DNA from: a virus
Direction: 5' to 3' (one strand)
Length of the DNA: 64,000 bases
Virus record (IMG/VR): IMGVR_UViG_3300032268_000694
Span: 32,001-96,000 of that record
The notes below the pieces were generated by a model, which was given only the letters and a program-made list of their open reading frames with translations, was not told where the DNA came from and searched no databases. Positions 30,178 to 39,870 of this stretch are shown here, one piece after another; the first letter of the stretch is position 1, and each line of letters starts with the position of its first letter. Made by a program: the position numbers and the translations under genes.

Positions 30178-30280
30178 AAATAAATAAAATAACAAAACAA
30201 ATCACAAATATAAAATATCCTAAAAATAATATCAATATTTTTAATATTTATTACAGTAATATACAAACAATTTAGCAAAT

Positions 30281-33200
30281 ATGAGCACTATCTATGTAGA
30301 TAATATACTTCCGTACTCTGGTAATTCGGTATTCATTAGTGGTAGCGTTAGTTCTTTAACAGCATCTTTTGCAGAAACTGCATCATTTGCTCCTGATTAT
30401 ACATTATCATCGTCTTTTTTAAATTATACAGGTTCAACCAATACTCGTATAAGCAATTTAGAAGCATTTAGCTCATCTCTAGATGCAGCATTTGCAACGG
30501 ATGCACAATTAAACACGGCAACTGCTTCTTTAAGCGGATCCATAAGTGCATTATCAAGTAGTTTTTTATCATATACGTCATCTCAAAAGGCTATAAATAA
30601 TACTTTAGCAACAACTGGTTCAAACTCTTTTATTGGTAGTCAAAACGTAACTGGTTCTATTAATATAAGTGGTAGTATAGTTGTAACAGATACAATAACT
30701 GCTCAAAAGTTAGTAGTACAAACTATTACTTCATCTGTTAATTTTGTTACTGGATCTACTAAGTTTGGAACAATAGTTTCAAATACTCATGACTTTACAG
30801 GAAGCGTCTCAGTATCAGGATCATTAGCAGTAAACGGCTCTAATGTAATTTTAACTAATCAAACATCTTCAATATCTGCAGCTACAGCTTCATTCGCATC
30901 AACTGCTTCTCTTGCCTTAACAGCATCATATATTTTAAATGCCGTAAGTGCCTCGTATGCTATGTCATCATCATTTGCAACTTCAGCTTCTTATGCTGAA
31001 AGTGCTTCATACGCCCTATCATCCTCAGCAGCAGTTTCATCATCATATGCCATAAGTGCTTCATACGCCCTATCATCCTCAGCAGCAGTTTCATCATCAT
31101 ATGCCATAAGTGCTTCATACGCCCTATCATCCTCAGCAGCAGTTTCAGCATCTTATGCTGATAGTGCTTCATACGCTATGTCATCCTCAGTAGCAGTTTC
31201 AGCATCTTACGCTACAACCGCATCTTATGCTGATAGTGCTTCATACGCTATGTCATCCTCAGTAGCAGTTTCAGCATCTTACGCTACAACCGCATCTTAT
31301 GCTGATAGTGCTTCAATAGCAGTTTCATCTTCTCAATCATTAACTGCTTCACATTTAACTCCTGTAACTAATTTATATGTAAATGAAATTTATCCTACTA
31401 CTGGAAATTCTGCAAATCGTATTTTTACAGAAAATCAAAATACAGGATTTGGAGGAATAGGAGATACAGTAATATATACTAGTCTTTTTGATATTAATCT
31501 TTACCCGGGTGCTGGTACTAGAGCAGTAAAAGTAACGGGATCATTGGGTGTAAGTAATGGAATTACAGGATCATTATTTGGAACAGCATCATTTGCATCA
31601 TTTGCTCCAAGTGCATCTTTTGCTGATAATGCTAATTTATTAAATGGATTAGATAGTAGTACTTTTGCATCTACTGCTTCATTCCAAAACTATACCTCAT
31701 CTACTGATGCTAATATTAGTTCAATTAATACTGCAACAGCCTCATTAAATGCAAGCGTTGCTAGTTTAAATGCTCAAACCTCATCATTATTATCTTATAC
31801 TGCATCATTAAATGGATTTAGTGCCTCAATACTATCATATACTTCTTCTCAAAATATATTAAATGGTACTTTTGCAACAACAGGCTCTAATACTTTTACA
31901 GGAATACAAACAATTAATAATAATTTACAAGTTACCGGTTCAATAAGTGTAACTAGTAATATTACAGCTATTGGTACTATAACTGCACAAACATTAGTAG
32001 TGCAGACAATAACATCATCTGTTAATTTTGTTACTGGATCTACTAAGTTTGGAACAATATCTGCTAATACTCATCAGTTTACTGGTAGTGTTAGTATAAC
32101 TGGATCATTAAATGTTAACGGACCTTTAACAGCAACATCACTTACTGGTTCTCTAGGTGGATCTAATATAGTAGATGCTTCAATAGCAAATACAAAATTA
32201 ACAAATAGTAGTGTTACAATTAATGGTACAAGTTTATCATTAGGAGGAACATTAACACAAGCACAAACAATTGCAGGTGCCTTTAGTGGATCTGCACAAG
32301 TAGATCATAATGCAACTACAAACTATGTTGCAAACCAACATATTGATCACACAACCGTATCAGTTTCTGCTGGTAGTGGTTTAAGTGGTGGTGGAACAAT
32401 TGCTGCAACAAGAACATTAACTTTAGATACTGGATCTGTACACTTCTTAGATGGTGTTAAAAAAGAATTAAATACTGAAGGTGTAGTTTCAAGTTCAGCC
32501 CAAATTGATCACAATGCAACTACAAACTATGTAGCAAACAGACACATTGATCACACAGCAGTTACTATCACTGCAGGAAGTGGCTTGAGTGGTGGTGGTG
32601 ATATAAGTACAACTAGAACATTATCAATAGCAACTAGTGGTGTAACAGATGCAATGTTAGCAGGTTCAATTTCTAATGCTAAATTAACAAACTCTACTAT
32701 TTCTGGTATCGCTTTAGGTTCTAACTTAGCAACCTTAACAATTGGAACTGGGTTAAGTGGTACATCTTATAATGGTAGCGGTGCAGTAACTATTGCAAAT
32801 ACAGGTGTAACTTCAAACGTAGCAAGTACAGGTATTTCAGTATCAGGTGCAACAGGTGCAGTAACAATTACAAATACAGGTGTAACTTCAGCAGTAGCTG
32901 GTACAGGTGTAGGAGTAAGTGGTGCAACCGGAGCAGTAACAATTTCAATTGGTCAAGCTGTTGGTACCGGAGCTAATGTACAATTCAACTCTTTAGGAGT
33001 GGGTACAGCAGCATCAGCTACTGCTGGCGAAATTAGAGCTACTAATGATGTCACTGCCTTTTATTCTTCAGATAAAAGATTAAAAGAAGATATTACTGTA
33101 ATAAAAAATCCAATTGAAAAATTAATGGCAATTAAAGGGGTTACTTTTAATTGGAAGGAAGGATTTAATGATATACATTCTCATACAGGAGCCGATACAG

Positions 33201-33379
33201 GAGTTATAGCTCAAGAAATTGAAGCACTTGAATTACCAGGTACCGTTACTACTCGTGATAATGGATATAAGGCTGTTAAATACGAAAAGCTAAACGCTTT
33301 GTTAATTGAAGGATTTAAAGAACAACAATTGCAAATTGAAGAATTAAAAGAATTAGTAAATCAATTATTAAATAAATAA
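30281..33379 (+). CDS. Long tail fibre with C-terminal peptidase S74 intramolecular chaperone
   Basis: SASYA hexapeptide repeats, GVTS..AGTG repeats, AFYSSDKRLKEDI...GVIAQE...YEKL and a terminal coiled coil. Confidence 0.9.
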   Translation: MSTIYVDNILPYSGNSVFISGSVSSLTASFAETASFAPDYTLSSSFLNYTGSTNTRISNLEAFSSSLDAAFATDAQLNTATASLSGSISALSSSFLSYTSSQKAINNTLATTGSNSFIGSQNVTGSINISGSIVVTDTITAQKLVVQTITSSVNFVTGSTKFGTIVSNTHDFTGSVSVSGSLAVNGSNVILTNQTSSISAATASFASTASLALTASYILNAVSASYAMSSSFATSASYAESASYALSSSAAVSSSYAISASYALSSSAAVSSSYAISASYALSSSAAVSASYADSASYAMSSSVAVSASYATTASYADSASYAMSSSVAVSASYATTASYADSASIAVSSSQSLTASHLTPVTNLYVNEIYPTTGNSANRIFTENQNTGFGGIGDTVIYTSLFDINLYPGAGTRAVKVTGSLGVSNGITGSLFGTASFASFAPSASFADNANLLNGLDSSTFASTASFQNYTSSTDANISSINTATASLNASVASLNAQTSSLLSYTASLNGFSASILSYTSSQNILNGTFATTGSNTFTGIQTINNNLQVTGSISVTSNITAIGTITAQTLVVQTITSSVNFVTGSTKFGTISANTHQFTGSVSITGSLNVNGPLTATSLTGSLGGSNIVDASIANTKLTNSSVTINGTSLSLGGTLTQAQTIAGAFSGSAQVDHNATTNYVANQHIDHTTVSVSAGSGLSGGGTIAATRTLTLDTGSVHFLDGVKKELNTEGVVSSSAQIDHNATTNYVANRHIDHTAVTITAGSGLSGGGDISTTRTLSIATSGVTDAMLAGSISNAKLTNSTISGIALGSNLATLTIGTGLSGTSYNGSGAVTIANTGVTSNVASTGISVSGATGAVTITNTGVTSAVAGTGVGVSGATGAVTISIGQAVGTGANVQFNSLGVGTAASATAGEIRATNDVTAFYSSDKRLKEDITVIKNPIEKLMAIKGVTFNWKEGFNDIHSHTGADTGVIAQEIEALELPGTVTTRDNGYKAVKYEKLNALLIEGFKEQQLQIEELKELVNQLLNK
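31001..31315 (+). repeat. In-frame tandem repeats: 3 x 54 bp then 2 x 72 bp
   Basis: Units start AGTGCTTCATACG at 31001, 31055, 31109 (54 bp) and 31163, 31235 (72 bp). Confidence 0.95.
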
Positions 33380-33382
33380 GTT

Positions 33383-33910
33383 ATGGGATTTGTAATTAAA
33401 CAACCCATTGAGACTAATCAGGGGTTGTTAACAGAAGCGTATGCTAGGATTGAAATGTACAGAGTAGATATGTTCTATGGTTTACTGCATACTACTGTAG
33501 CTATGTATCCTAGTAGACAGGTTGCAAAAGATACATTTCCTGTATATTTTGGAGAAGTAAATCCTCATCCTTCTCAAATTGTAGGAGTAAGTATAGTGTA
33601 TAATGGAGAAGAAATAGAATATCCAACCTATTTTGAGTTTCCTATGGTAGATCCTGTTGAAATTGAAATACCTATATATGAAGATGTTGTTAAAAGTAAA
33701 GTAAGTAAATACTATGATTTTGATGATAACGGAGAAATTATAGAAAAAACAAGAGAGGAAGAAACTAAAACAACAATTCAAACAGGAACACAAACTATAA
33801 CTAAACAAAAAATAAATGTAAATAAAGAAAACGTTTATTCTTTTGCTTATGATTTAGTTAAAAAAGAATTTGGTAAAATATTTGGTGACGAAAACATAAT
33901 AGACGAATAA
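33383..33910 (+). CDS. Hypothetical protein, possibly fibre-associated
   Basis: ORF track; directly follows the fibre gene. Confidence 0.55.
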   Translation: MGFVIKQPIETNQGLLTEAYARIEMYRVDMFYGLLHTTVAMYPSRQVAKDTFPVYFGEVNPHPSQIVGVSIVYNGEEIEYPTYFEFPMVDPVEIEIPIYEDVVKSKVSKYYDFDDNGEIIEKTREEETKTTIQTGTQTITKQKINVNKENVYSFAYDLVKKEFGKIFGDENIIDE

Positions 33911-34401
33911 TGGGTATAAGTACACAAGGCGCTACTAACGTTTCTCTTAACACGGCTGCTACATACGTTGGTGCTTCACCAAAATCTTTGCGTACTGTTG
34001 GGGGTAAAACATTCCCTAGATATGATACTGGAGCTGCAAGCATGGGTACAATGCTCCAAAGTACTAGTTTATTTCAAGTTATTGTTTATAGTAGTAATAC
34101 ATCACAAGGAACAGTAAGTATTACTTATCCTTTTAGTGTAAGTGGCGATGGTGCTGGGGCTAATCACTTTGTAGTTTCTAAAACATATGCTTACATTACT
34201 ATTGTAGCAACATCAATTTATCCTTATTATTTTAGAAGGTGGGCTACCACATCCGGTGGCGTAACACCAATTTTAACAGGTGGTACCACAACTGGTGATA
34301 ACCAACCTTTTGGTACTGCTGCATCTCCAATTGTTTATTCATATAACTTCAATACTACCGACGCGGCTAGTTATACCACAATTTATGCGGTATTCTCATA
34401 A
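33910..34401 (+). CDS. Small Thr/Ser-rich beta protein, possibly virion-associated
   Basis: YYFRRWATT...IYAVF resembles InlB-B/Flg_new-type beta repeats. Confidence 0.45.
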   Translation: MGISTQGATNVSLNTAATYVGASPKSLRTVGGKTFPRYDTGAASMGTMLQSTSLFQVIVYSSNTSQGTVSITYPFSVSGDGAGANHFVVSKTYAYITIVATSIYPYYFRRWATTSGGVTPILTGGTTTGDNQPFGTAASPIVYSYNFNTTDAASYTTIYAVFS

Positions 34402-34421
34402 TATTTATTGCAAAATAAGTT

Positions 34422-35294
34422 ATGAATGTTATATGGTGTGCTGAACACATTCAGTTCTATTCTAATCTAGAAAAAGCATTTTTGTATACTTCCATCCTAA
34501 CATGGAAGCATTTTTATCCTCATCACACCACTAATTTATATTGTGATAATCACAGTGAAGCCATCATTAGAAATATAGGTATTATTGATCTGTGGGATAA
34601 TGTTAATACAGAAATATTAAATAAAAAGCTATATACATTTAATGAAAATGCATTTTGGGCTTCATCAAAATTAAAGGTTATAAATGAACTTACAGCTCCC
34701 TTTGTTATAATAGACTTAGATTTATTTATTAAACAAAAATTTATTCCTGAAGATTATTGGCAGCAAGATATTGTTGGTAACTTTATGGAAGTAACCTCTC
34801 ACCATTATATAGAACCATATAAGATTAGAAAATACATGGCTCTACCCGAATATGATTGGGATGATAAAGCTATTAACGTTGCATTTTTATATATTAATAA
34901 TGAGAAATTAAGGGCGGAATACGCTCAAACGGCTCTAGATTGGATGACTACTATGACAGAAAAAGGAGGCGTTATTAACGGCCTTAATATGGTTTTTTGC
35001 GAACAAAAATTATTATGGCAATTAGTAAAGCAACATAATTTAAACCATAAATTTTTATTTAATGAAACATTAGTATGTTGGAAAGACCAATGGATAGAAA
35101 ACGGATTAGGTTTATATCCTAAAAAAAATGAATATGAATATGCAGCTCATTTTGGTCCTGATAAACGAAGAGCATTTGATGATAGTAATGGATATTATGT
35201 TGAATGCAAGCAAAATGTATTAGAGGTATTTTTTAAATATTTCCCTCATTTAAGTATAAATGTATTAAATTTATTAGAAGCAGGCTATGTTTAA
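34422..35294 (+). CDS. Putative glycosyltransferase-like protein (DxD)
   Basis: FWASSKL...PFVIIDLDL; INVAF; CEQ. Confidence 0.5.
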   Translation: MNVIWCAEHIQFYSNLEKAFLYTSILTWKHFYPHHTTNLYCDNHSEAIIRNIGIIDLWDNVNTEILNKKLYTFNENAFWASSKLKVINELTAPFVIIDLDLFIKQKFIPEDYWQQDIVGNFMEVTSHHYIEPYKIRKYMALPEYDWDDKAINVAFLYINNEKLRAEYAQTALDWMTTMTEKGGVINGLNMVFCEQKLLWQLVKQHNLNHKFLFNETLVCWKDQWIENGLGLYPKKNEYEYAAHFGPDKRRAFDDSNGYYVECKQNVLEVFFKYFPHLSINVLNLLEAGYV

Positions 35295-36009
35295 TCAAAA
35301 CTACATAAAAACTCACCTAACAAATAATCTAGATTCCCCAGTACCTTATAGATGGACACATGGTGCAACTGATCTTCATTTAGGAGATGGATTAATAGTT
35401 TATTCTATTATTCAACAAATGAGAGCCAAAAATTGTGTTTGTATAGGATCAGGAGGTGGATTTATTCCTCGCTTAATGACACAAGCTAGATATGATTTAC
35501 ACCAGCAAGGTATATTTGAGGGTAATTCTGACTACAATTGGGGAGATATAGGTGCTACCTACGTTGTGGATGCTTGTAATGGAATTGGGGGACCTAATGA
35601 TTTAGAAAATAAAGATTCATTTTATAGAAAGTCATTCCAACCACGCTTTATTAAATCAACCTCAGAAAAAGCATATTACGATTTTTTTGTTATTCAAGAC
35701 ATTAAAATAGATGTTTTGTTTATTGATGGTGATCATTCATATGAAGGTGTTAAATTAGATTTTGAATTATATTCTAAAATAATGTCACCTAAAGGTATCA
35801 TATTAATACATGATACTGATGGTGAATATGAAGAATCATTAATCATTTCAGAAGATGCTAAAAAAGATCACCATCGTTTTGATGGTCCTTCCCATTTAAT
35901 TAAAGAACTTCAACAAAATCCTGAATGGAATTTGGTAAATTTATTTAATTTTCGTATATTGAGTGATAAACCGTCATCAAGTGGTATAACAATAGTTAAT
36001 AGGAAATGA
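35287..36009 (+). CDS. Class I SAM methyltransferase (Methyltransf_24-like)
   Basis: CIGSGGG; LFIDGDHSYEGVKLD; GIILIHD. Confidence 0.8.
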   Translation: MFNQNYIKTHLTNNLDSPVPYRWTHGATDLHLGDGLIVYSIIQQMRAKNCVCIGSGGGFIPRLMTQARYDLHQQGIFEGNSDYNWGDIGATYVVDACNGIGGPNDLENKDSFYRKSFQPRFIKSTSEKAYYDFFVIQDIKIDVLFIDGDHSYEGVKLDFELYSKIMSPKGIILIHDTDGEYEESLIISEDAKKDHHRFDGPSHLIKELQQNPEWNLVNLFNFRILSDKPSSSGITIVNRK

Positions 36010-36845
36010 TAAGATTAGTTACAGTAACAGGTTCTCGCACCAATACACTTTGGCACATGCTAAACTACTATAAAGATAGAGTTGACGAAATTTATGTAGT
36101 AGTGTATGAATGGGATGGATTTAGTACATATGATGATGTATTAGCTATTACAAAACAATTTCCAAACGTTCGTATTATAGATAGAGTAGTAGCAGAGAAA
36201 TATAATTGGGAAATGGTTACTACATTATACAACAAAACTAAAATGTTACATCCTAATGATTGGTGGGTTGTAGCCGATGACGATGAATTTCATAAGTATT
36301 CAAAAGATTTGTATGAAATAGTAAGTGATTGTAATGAAAATGGATGGGAATTAGTTAGAGGTGGGTTTATTGACAGAATAGGAGAAAATGGAACTTTCCC
36401 TAAAATTGATAATGATGAAGATATATTTGAACAATTTCCTTTAGCTGGATTTTTTAGATACCCATTAAGTGGTGCTTGTCCAAATAAAATTTGTATATTA
36501 AAAGGGCATATAGAACTAACACCAGGACAACACTATGCAAAAATAGATGGACATACAACATGGAAATGGCAAGGGTGGAATCATCCATTAATTGCTCCTG
36601 TTGATGAATATAATGTTCAAGTCCATCATTTTAAGTGGGACAGCACATGTATAGAAAGAATAAAAGCAGTAGCAGACATAAAACAATTATACTCATACTC
36701 AGATGAATATAAAAAAATGTATCAATCATTACGAAGTAATAACTTTGAAATTGATATTACTGATAGTAGGTTTATGATTGAACATGCTGGTTTTTGGGGA
36801 TATAATCAATGGAATAAATTATTTAAAATAATATTATCAATATGA
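36006..36845 (+). CDS. GT-A fold glycosyltransferase (GT2-like)
   Basis: HMLNYY...WWVVADDDEF; PGQH; HHFKW. Confidence 0.7.
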   Translation: MIRLVTVTGSRTNTLWHMLNYYKDRVDEIYVVVYEWDGFSTYDDVLAITKQFPNVRIIDRVVAEKYNWEMVTTLYNKTKMLHPNDWWVVADDDEFHKYSKDLYEIVSDCNENGWELVRGGFIDRIGENGTFPKIDNDEDIFEQFPLAGFFRYPLSGACPNKICILKGHIELTPGQHYAKIDGHTTWKWQGWNHPLIAPVDEYNVQVHHFKWDSTCIERIKAVADIKQLYSYSDEYKKMYQSLRSNNFEIDITDSRFMIEHAGFWGYNQWNKLFKIILSI

Positions 36846-37039
36846 CAAAAGAAGAAAAAGAAAAAGAACAATTAGTTCTTGAACAACGTAAAGTTAAAGC
36901 ATTAGAAAAAATTGCTACTACATTAGATGCACTCACTATTTGGTTTGAAGAAATTAATAAGGATGAATGGAGTGATAGAATTCAATACTACTTAGCTGAA
37001 TGGCATGAATCCTCTGTAAAGAAAAAAGATAGTGAATAA
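36842..37039 (+). CDS. Small helical hypothetical protein
   Basis: ORF track; overlaps both neighbours. Confidence 0.55.
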   Translation: MTKEEKEKEQLVLEQRKVKALEKIATTLDALTIWFEEINKDEWSDRIQYYLAEWHESSVKKKDSE

Positions 37040-38438
37040 ATTAGGTGTAATAGTACCTTATAGAAATAGATATGAACAACTAATTACGTTTAAAGAATCT
37101 ATTACAAAGTATCTTGAATCTAAAAATATAGACTTTGAATTAATCATAGTTGATCAAGATAATGCTAAACTTTTTAATAGAGGTATGTTACTTAATATTG
37201 GATTTAAGTATGCTAAAAAATTTGAATGTAATTATGTTGTTTTTCATGATATAGATATGCTACCAATAGATGTAGACTATTCATATTCTGAGGTACCGTT
37301 ACATATGGCTACAAATTTTATAGTAGAGGAAGGAGAAAAAGAAAGAAGTTTATTTGATACCTACTTTGGTGGAGTTACAATGTTCCCCACAGAACAATTT
37401 GAACAAATTGATGGATATTCTAACAAATACTGGGGTTGGGGATATGAAGATAATGATTTATTATTAAGATGTGAAGAAAAGTTTGTACAACTAGACACAT
37501 TAAAAATAAAAAATTTAGGAAGAAAAGGAAAAGCATTAAAGTTTAATGGGGTAAATGCATATGTTAAAGTAAAAAACAATATAGATTTTAGATCTAATGC
37601 TACTTTTTTTATATCTTTTCACCCTGATAATTTAGAGCTAAATCATTTAAAGGAATCTGATGAATTCACATCTTTTAGTATTCCTGGATATGATTTTGCT
37701 GTTTGTTATAGTTCTTTTTCAAGATATAATTTTTGTGCCTTTGATAGTGAATTAAATGCATTGTATGTAAATTCTAATATCAAAACCAACTATAAAACTA
37801 ATTTAACTATAACTTTAGATGTATTAGATAATATATTTAGAGTTTATCAAGATGGAATTTTTATAGGACAAACACCAAACTACAAAAAATTATACAAATA
37901 CCAAAAAGAACCATTCTTTTATTTAGGTGTAGGCAAACCAGATAGAGAAATAATACCAAATTTTTTTAAAGGTTATATAGATTCATTTGCATATTATAAT
38001 AAAATATTAACAGATAGTGAAATACTAGAAATTTCAAATAACAATCAAGACCTAAAAAAATACAAATCATCAGATGATTTAAAGTTATATTATGATGCAA
38101 ATTATATATATGAATATAAATTAACTGATTTATCTGGAAATGATAATAGAGGTGAAATTATTAATTGTGAGATAGTTGATTATGAATTTGATGATTATAA
38201 AGAAGTTAAAATACCATATAGAAAAAATTCTTTATTTCAATCATTAAAACATGAAGAAAATGGTTTTTTAGGAAATAAATGGAAAGATAAATCAACTCGT
38301 TGGAATCAATTAAGATTTCAAAATGAAGTGTCAAATCATATATCATTAATAAACAGAGATGGATTATCAACCTTAGAATTTATTGAATACGGCGTTATTA
38401 AAGATAAAAATATTACACACGTTAATGTAGGAATATGA
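37032..38438 (+). CDS. GT7 (beta-1,4-galactosyltransferase-like) with inserted LamG/ConA domain
   Basis: VPYRNR, FNRG, HDIDM, YFGG, YWGWGYEDND; ALKFNG...FFKGYID...DLSGN LamG pattern; GT7 C-terminal H and DGLS. Confidence 0.85.
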   Translation: MNKLGVIVPYRNRYEQLITFKESITKYLESKNIDFELIIVDQDNAKLFNRGMLLNIGFKYAKKFECNYVVFHDIDMLPIDVDYSYSEVPLHMATNFIVEEGEKERSLFDTYFGGVTMFPTEQFEQIDGYSNKYWGWGYEDNDLLLRCEEKFVQLDTLKIKNLGRKGKALKFNGVNAYVKVKNNIDFRSNATFFISFHPDNLELNHLKESDEFTSFSIPGYDFAVCYSSFSRYNFCAFDSELNALYVNSNIKTNYKTNLTITLDVLDNIFRVYQDGIFIGQTPNYKKLYKYQKEPFFYLGVGKPDREIIPNFFKGYIDSFAYYNKILTDSEILEISNNNQDLKKYKSSDDLKLYYDANYIYEYKLTDLSGNDNRGEIINCEIVDYEFDDYKEVKIPYRKNSLFQSLKHEENGFLGNKWKDKSTRWNQLRFQNEVSNHISLINRDGLSTLEFIEYGVIKDKNITHVNVGI

Positions 38439-39868
38439 AACTAGGAGTATGCGTGCCCTATAGAAATAGAGAAGCACATTTAAAAGAATTTATACCCCGC
38501 GTAGGAAAATTCCTACAAGATAAAGGCATAGAATATAAAATGTATTTTGGCCATCAGGTAGATGATAAACTGTTTAATAGAGGTGCTATGAAAAACGTAG
38601 CTGCAGAACAAGCCTTTAAAGATGGCTGTGATTATATTGTGTGGCATGATATTGATATGATTCCTGAAGATGAACATTGTGATTACTCATTCCCAGAAAA
38701 TGACCCTAGACATATTGCTGTTTATATTTCAAAAACAGATTACCATTTAAAATATGCTGACTACTTTGGTGGTGCTGTTATATTCAGTAAAGAACAAGTA
38801 GAAAGAACAAATGGTTACTCTAATGGATATTGGGATTGGGGAATGGAGGATGATGATTTATTTTGGAGATGTGTATTAGAAGGATATGCTGATGTAAATT
38901 ACATGAATTATAACCAAACAAAACCCTTTTTAAGGTTTAATGGTGATGATTCTTATGTAAAAATCCCATCAAGCCCTACATTAAACCACCTTACTCATAA
39001 AGACCATACTGTGTCTGTATTAGTTAGATCCTACCACCAACAAGAAAAAATGCCTATTTACTTGATAGGGGCTGAAGATAAACAATTTGTTGAATATCCG
39101 ATATTTAGAAGACCCGGATATGATTGTGGTATATCATATAACAATTCACGAGCATACACAGTAATGCTTTGGGATATGTGGAATAAACCTATCTACCAAT
39201 GGATGAAACGATACGAAAATCAATGGACTTGGGTTACTTATTCTGTTGATGTTTATAATAAACAAATACATGTTTACATAAACGGGATTGAATCTGAAGT
39301 ATCATCTGGTACTGGAACCGACTCCCCTGCTTCATATGAAGGTGGATTAAAAAAATACAACAATGTTGATTACTATCTAGGCATGTCCCCATCATCTAAT
39401 GATGATAGTCCATCTAAGTACTTTAAAGGAGACATGGCTAAACTAATGGTGTGGGATAGGTGTTTAAGCAAAGAAGAAATATTATCTTCATTTAACAATA
39501 CGATAGATAGTTTAGTACTTGACTATGATTTTAGTCATGATAAACTATTAAAAGATCAAACGGGAAATAATAATAATGGTTTGGTAGTTAATTGTGAAAA
39601 ACTGGAAGAGAATATTAAAGTACCATATACAATTGCTCCACACAGAACACCAGGAAGAATGGAATGTTTGGATCACGTTGATGAGGGATTTGTGGATGGT
39701 AAGTGGGCTAAAGGTGAAACAACAGCTAAAAATGAATACCGCTATATTATGGGTATGCAACAAGGTAAGATAAACCATAAAACTGATGGGATGAATACCT
39801 TAAAGTATACTCTGGTTAGTAAAGAAGAAATAGCAGATAACTGCTTTATGTTAAATGTAATACTATAA
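38435..39868 (+). CDS. GT7 (beta-1,4-galactosyltransferase-like) with inserted LamG/ConA domain, paralog
   Basis: VPYRNR, FNRG, HDIDM, YFGG, YWDWGMEDDD; LRFNG...YFKGDM...DQTGN. Confidence 0.85.
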   Translation: MKLGVCVPYRNREAHLKEFIPRVGKFLQDKGIEYKMYFGHQVDDKLFNRGAMKNVAAEQAFKDGCDYIVWHDIDMIPEDEHCDYSFPENDPRHIAVYISKTDYHLKYADYFGGAVIFSKEQVERTNGYSNGYWDWGMEDDDLFWRCVLEGYADVNYMNYNQTKPFLRFNGDDSYVKIPSSPTLNHLTHKDHTVSVLVRSYHQQEKMPIYLIGAEDKQFVEYPIFRRPGYDCGISYNNSRAYTVMLWDMWNKPIYQWMKRYENQWTWVTYSVDVYNKQIHVYINGIESEVSSGTGTDSPASYEGGLKKYNNVDYYLGMSPSSNDDSPSKYFKGDMAKLMVWDRCLSKEEILSSFNNTIDSLVLDYDFSHDKLLKDQTGNNNNGLVVNCEKLEENIKVPYTIAPHRTPGRMECLDHVDEGFVDGKWAKGETTAKNEYRYIMGMQQGKINHKTDGMNTLKYTLVSKEEIADNCFMLNVIL

Positions 39869-39870
39869 TA

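Noticed and set aside
31001-31315. Possible CRISPR array
   Set aside because: The repeats are contiguous, in frame, have no unique spacers and encode a fibre repeat
30731-32059. Possible DGR template/variable repeat pair
   Set aside because: The copies are identical or differ without adenine bias, both lie inside the coding sequence, and no reverse transcriptase is in the window
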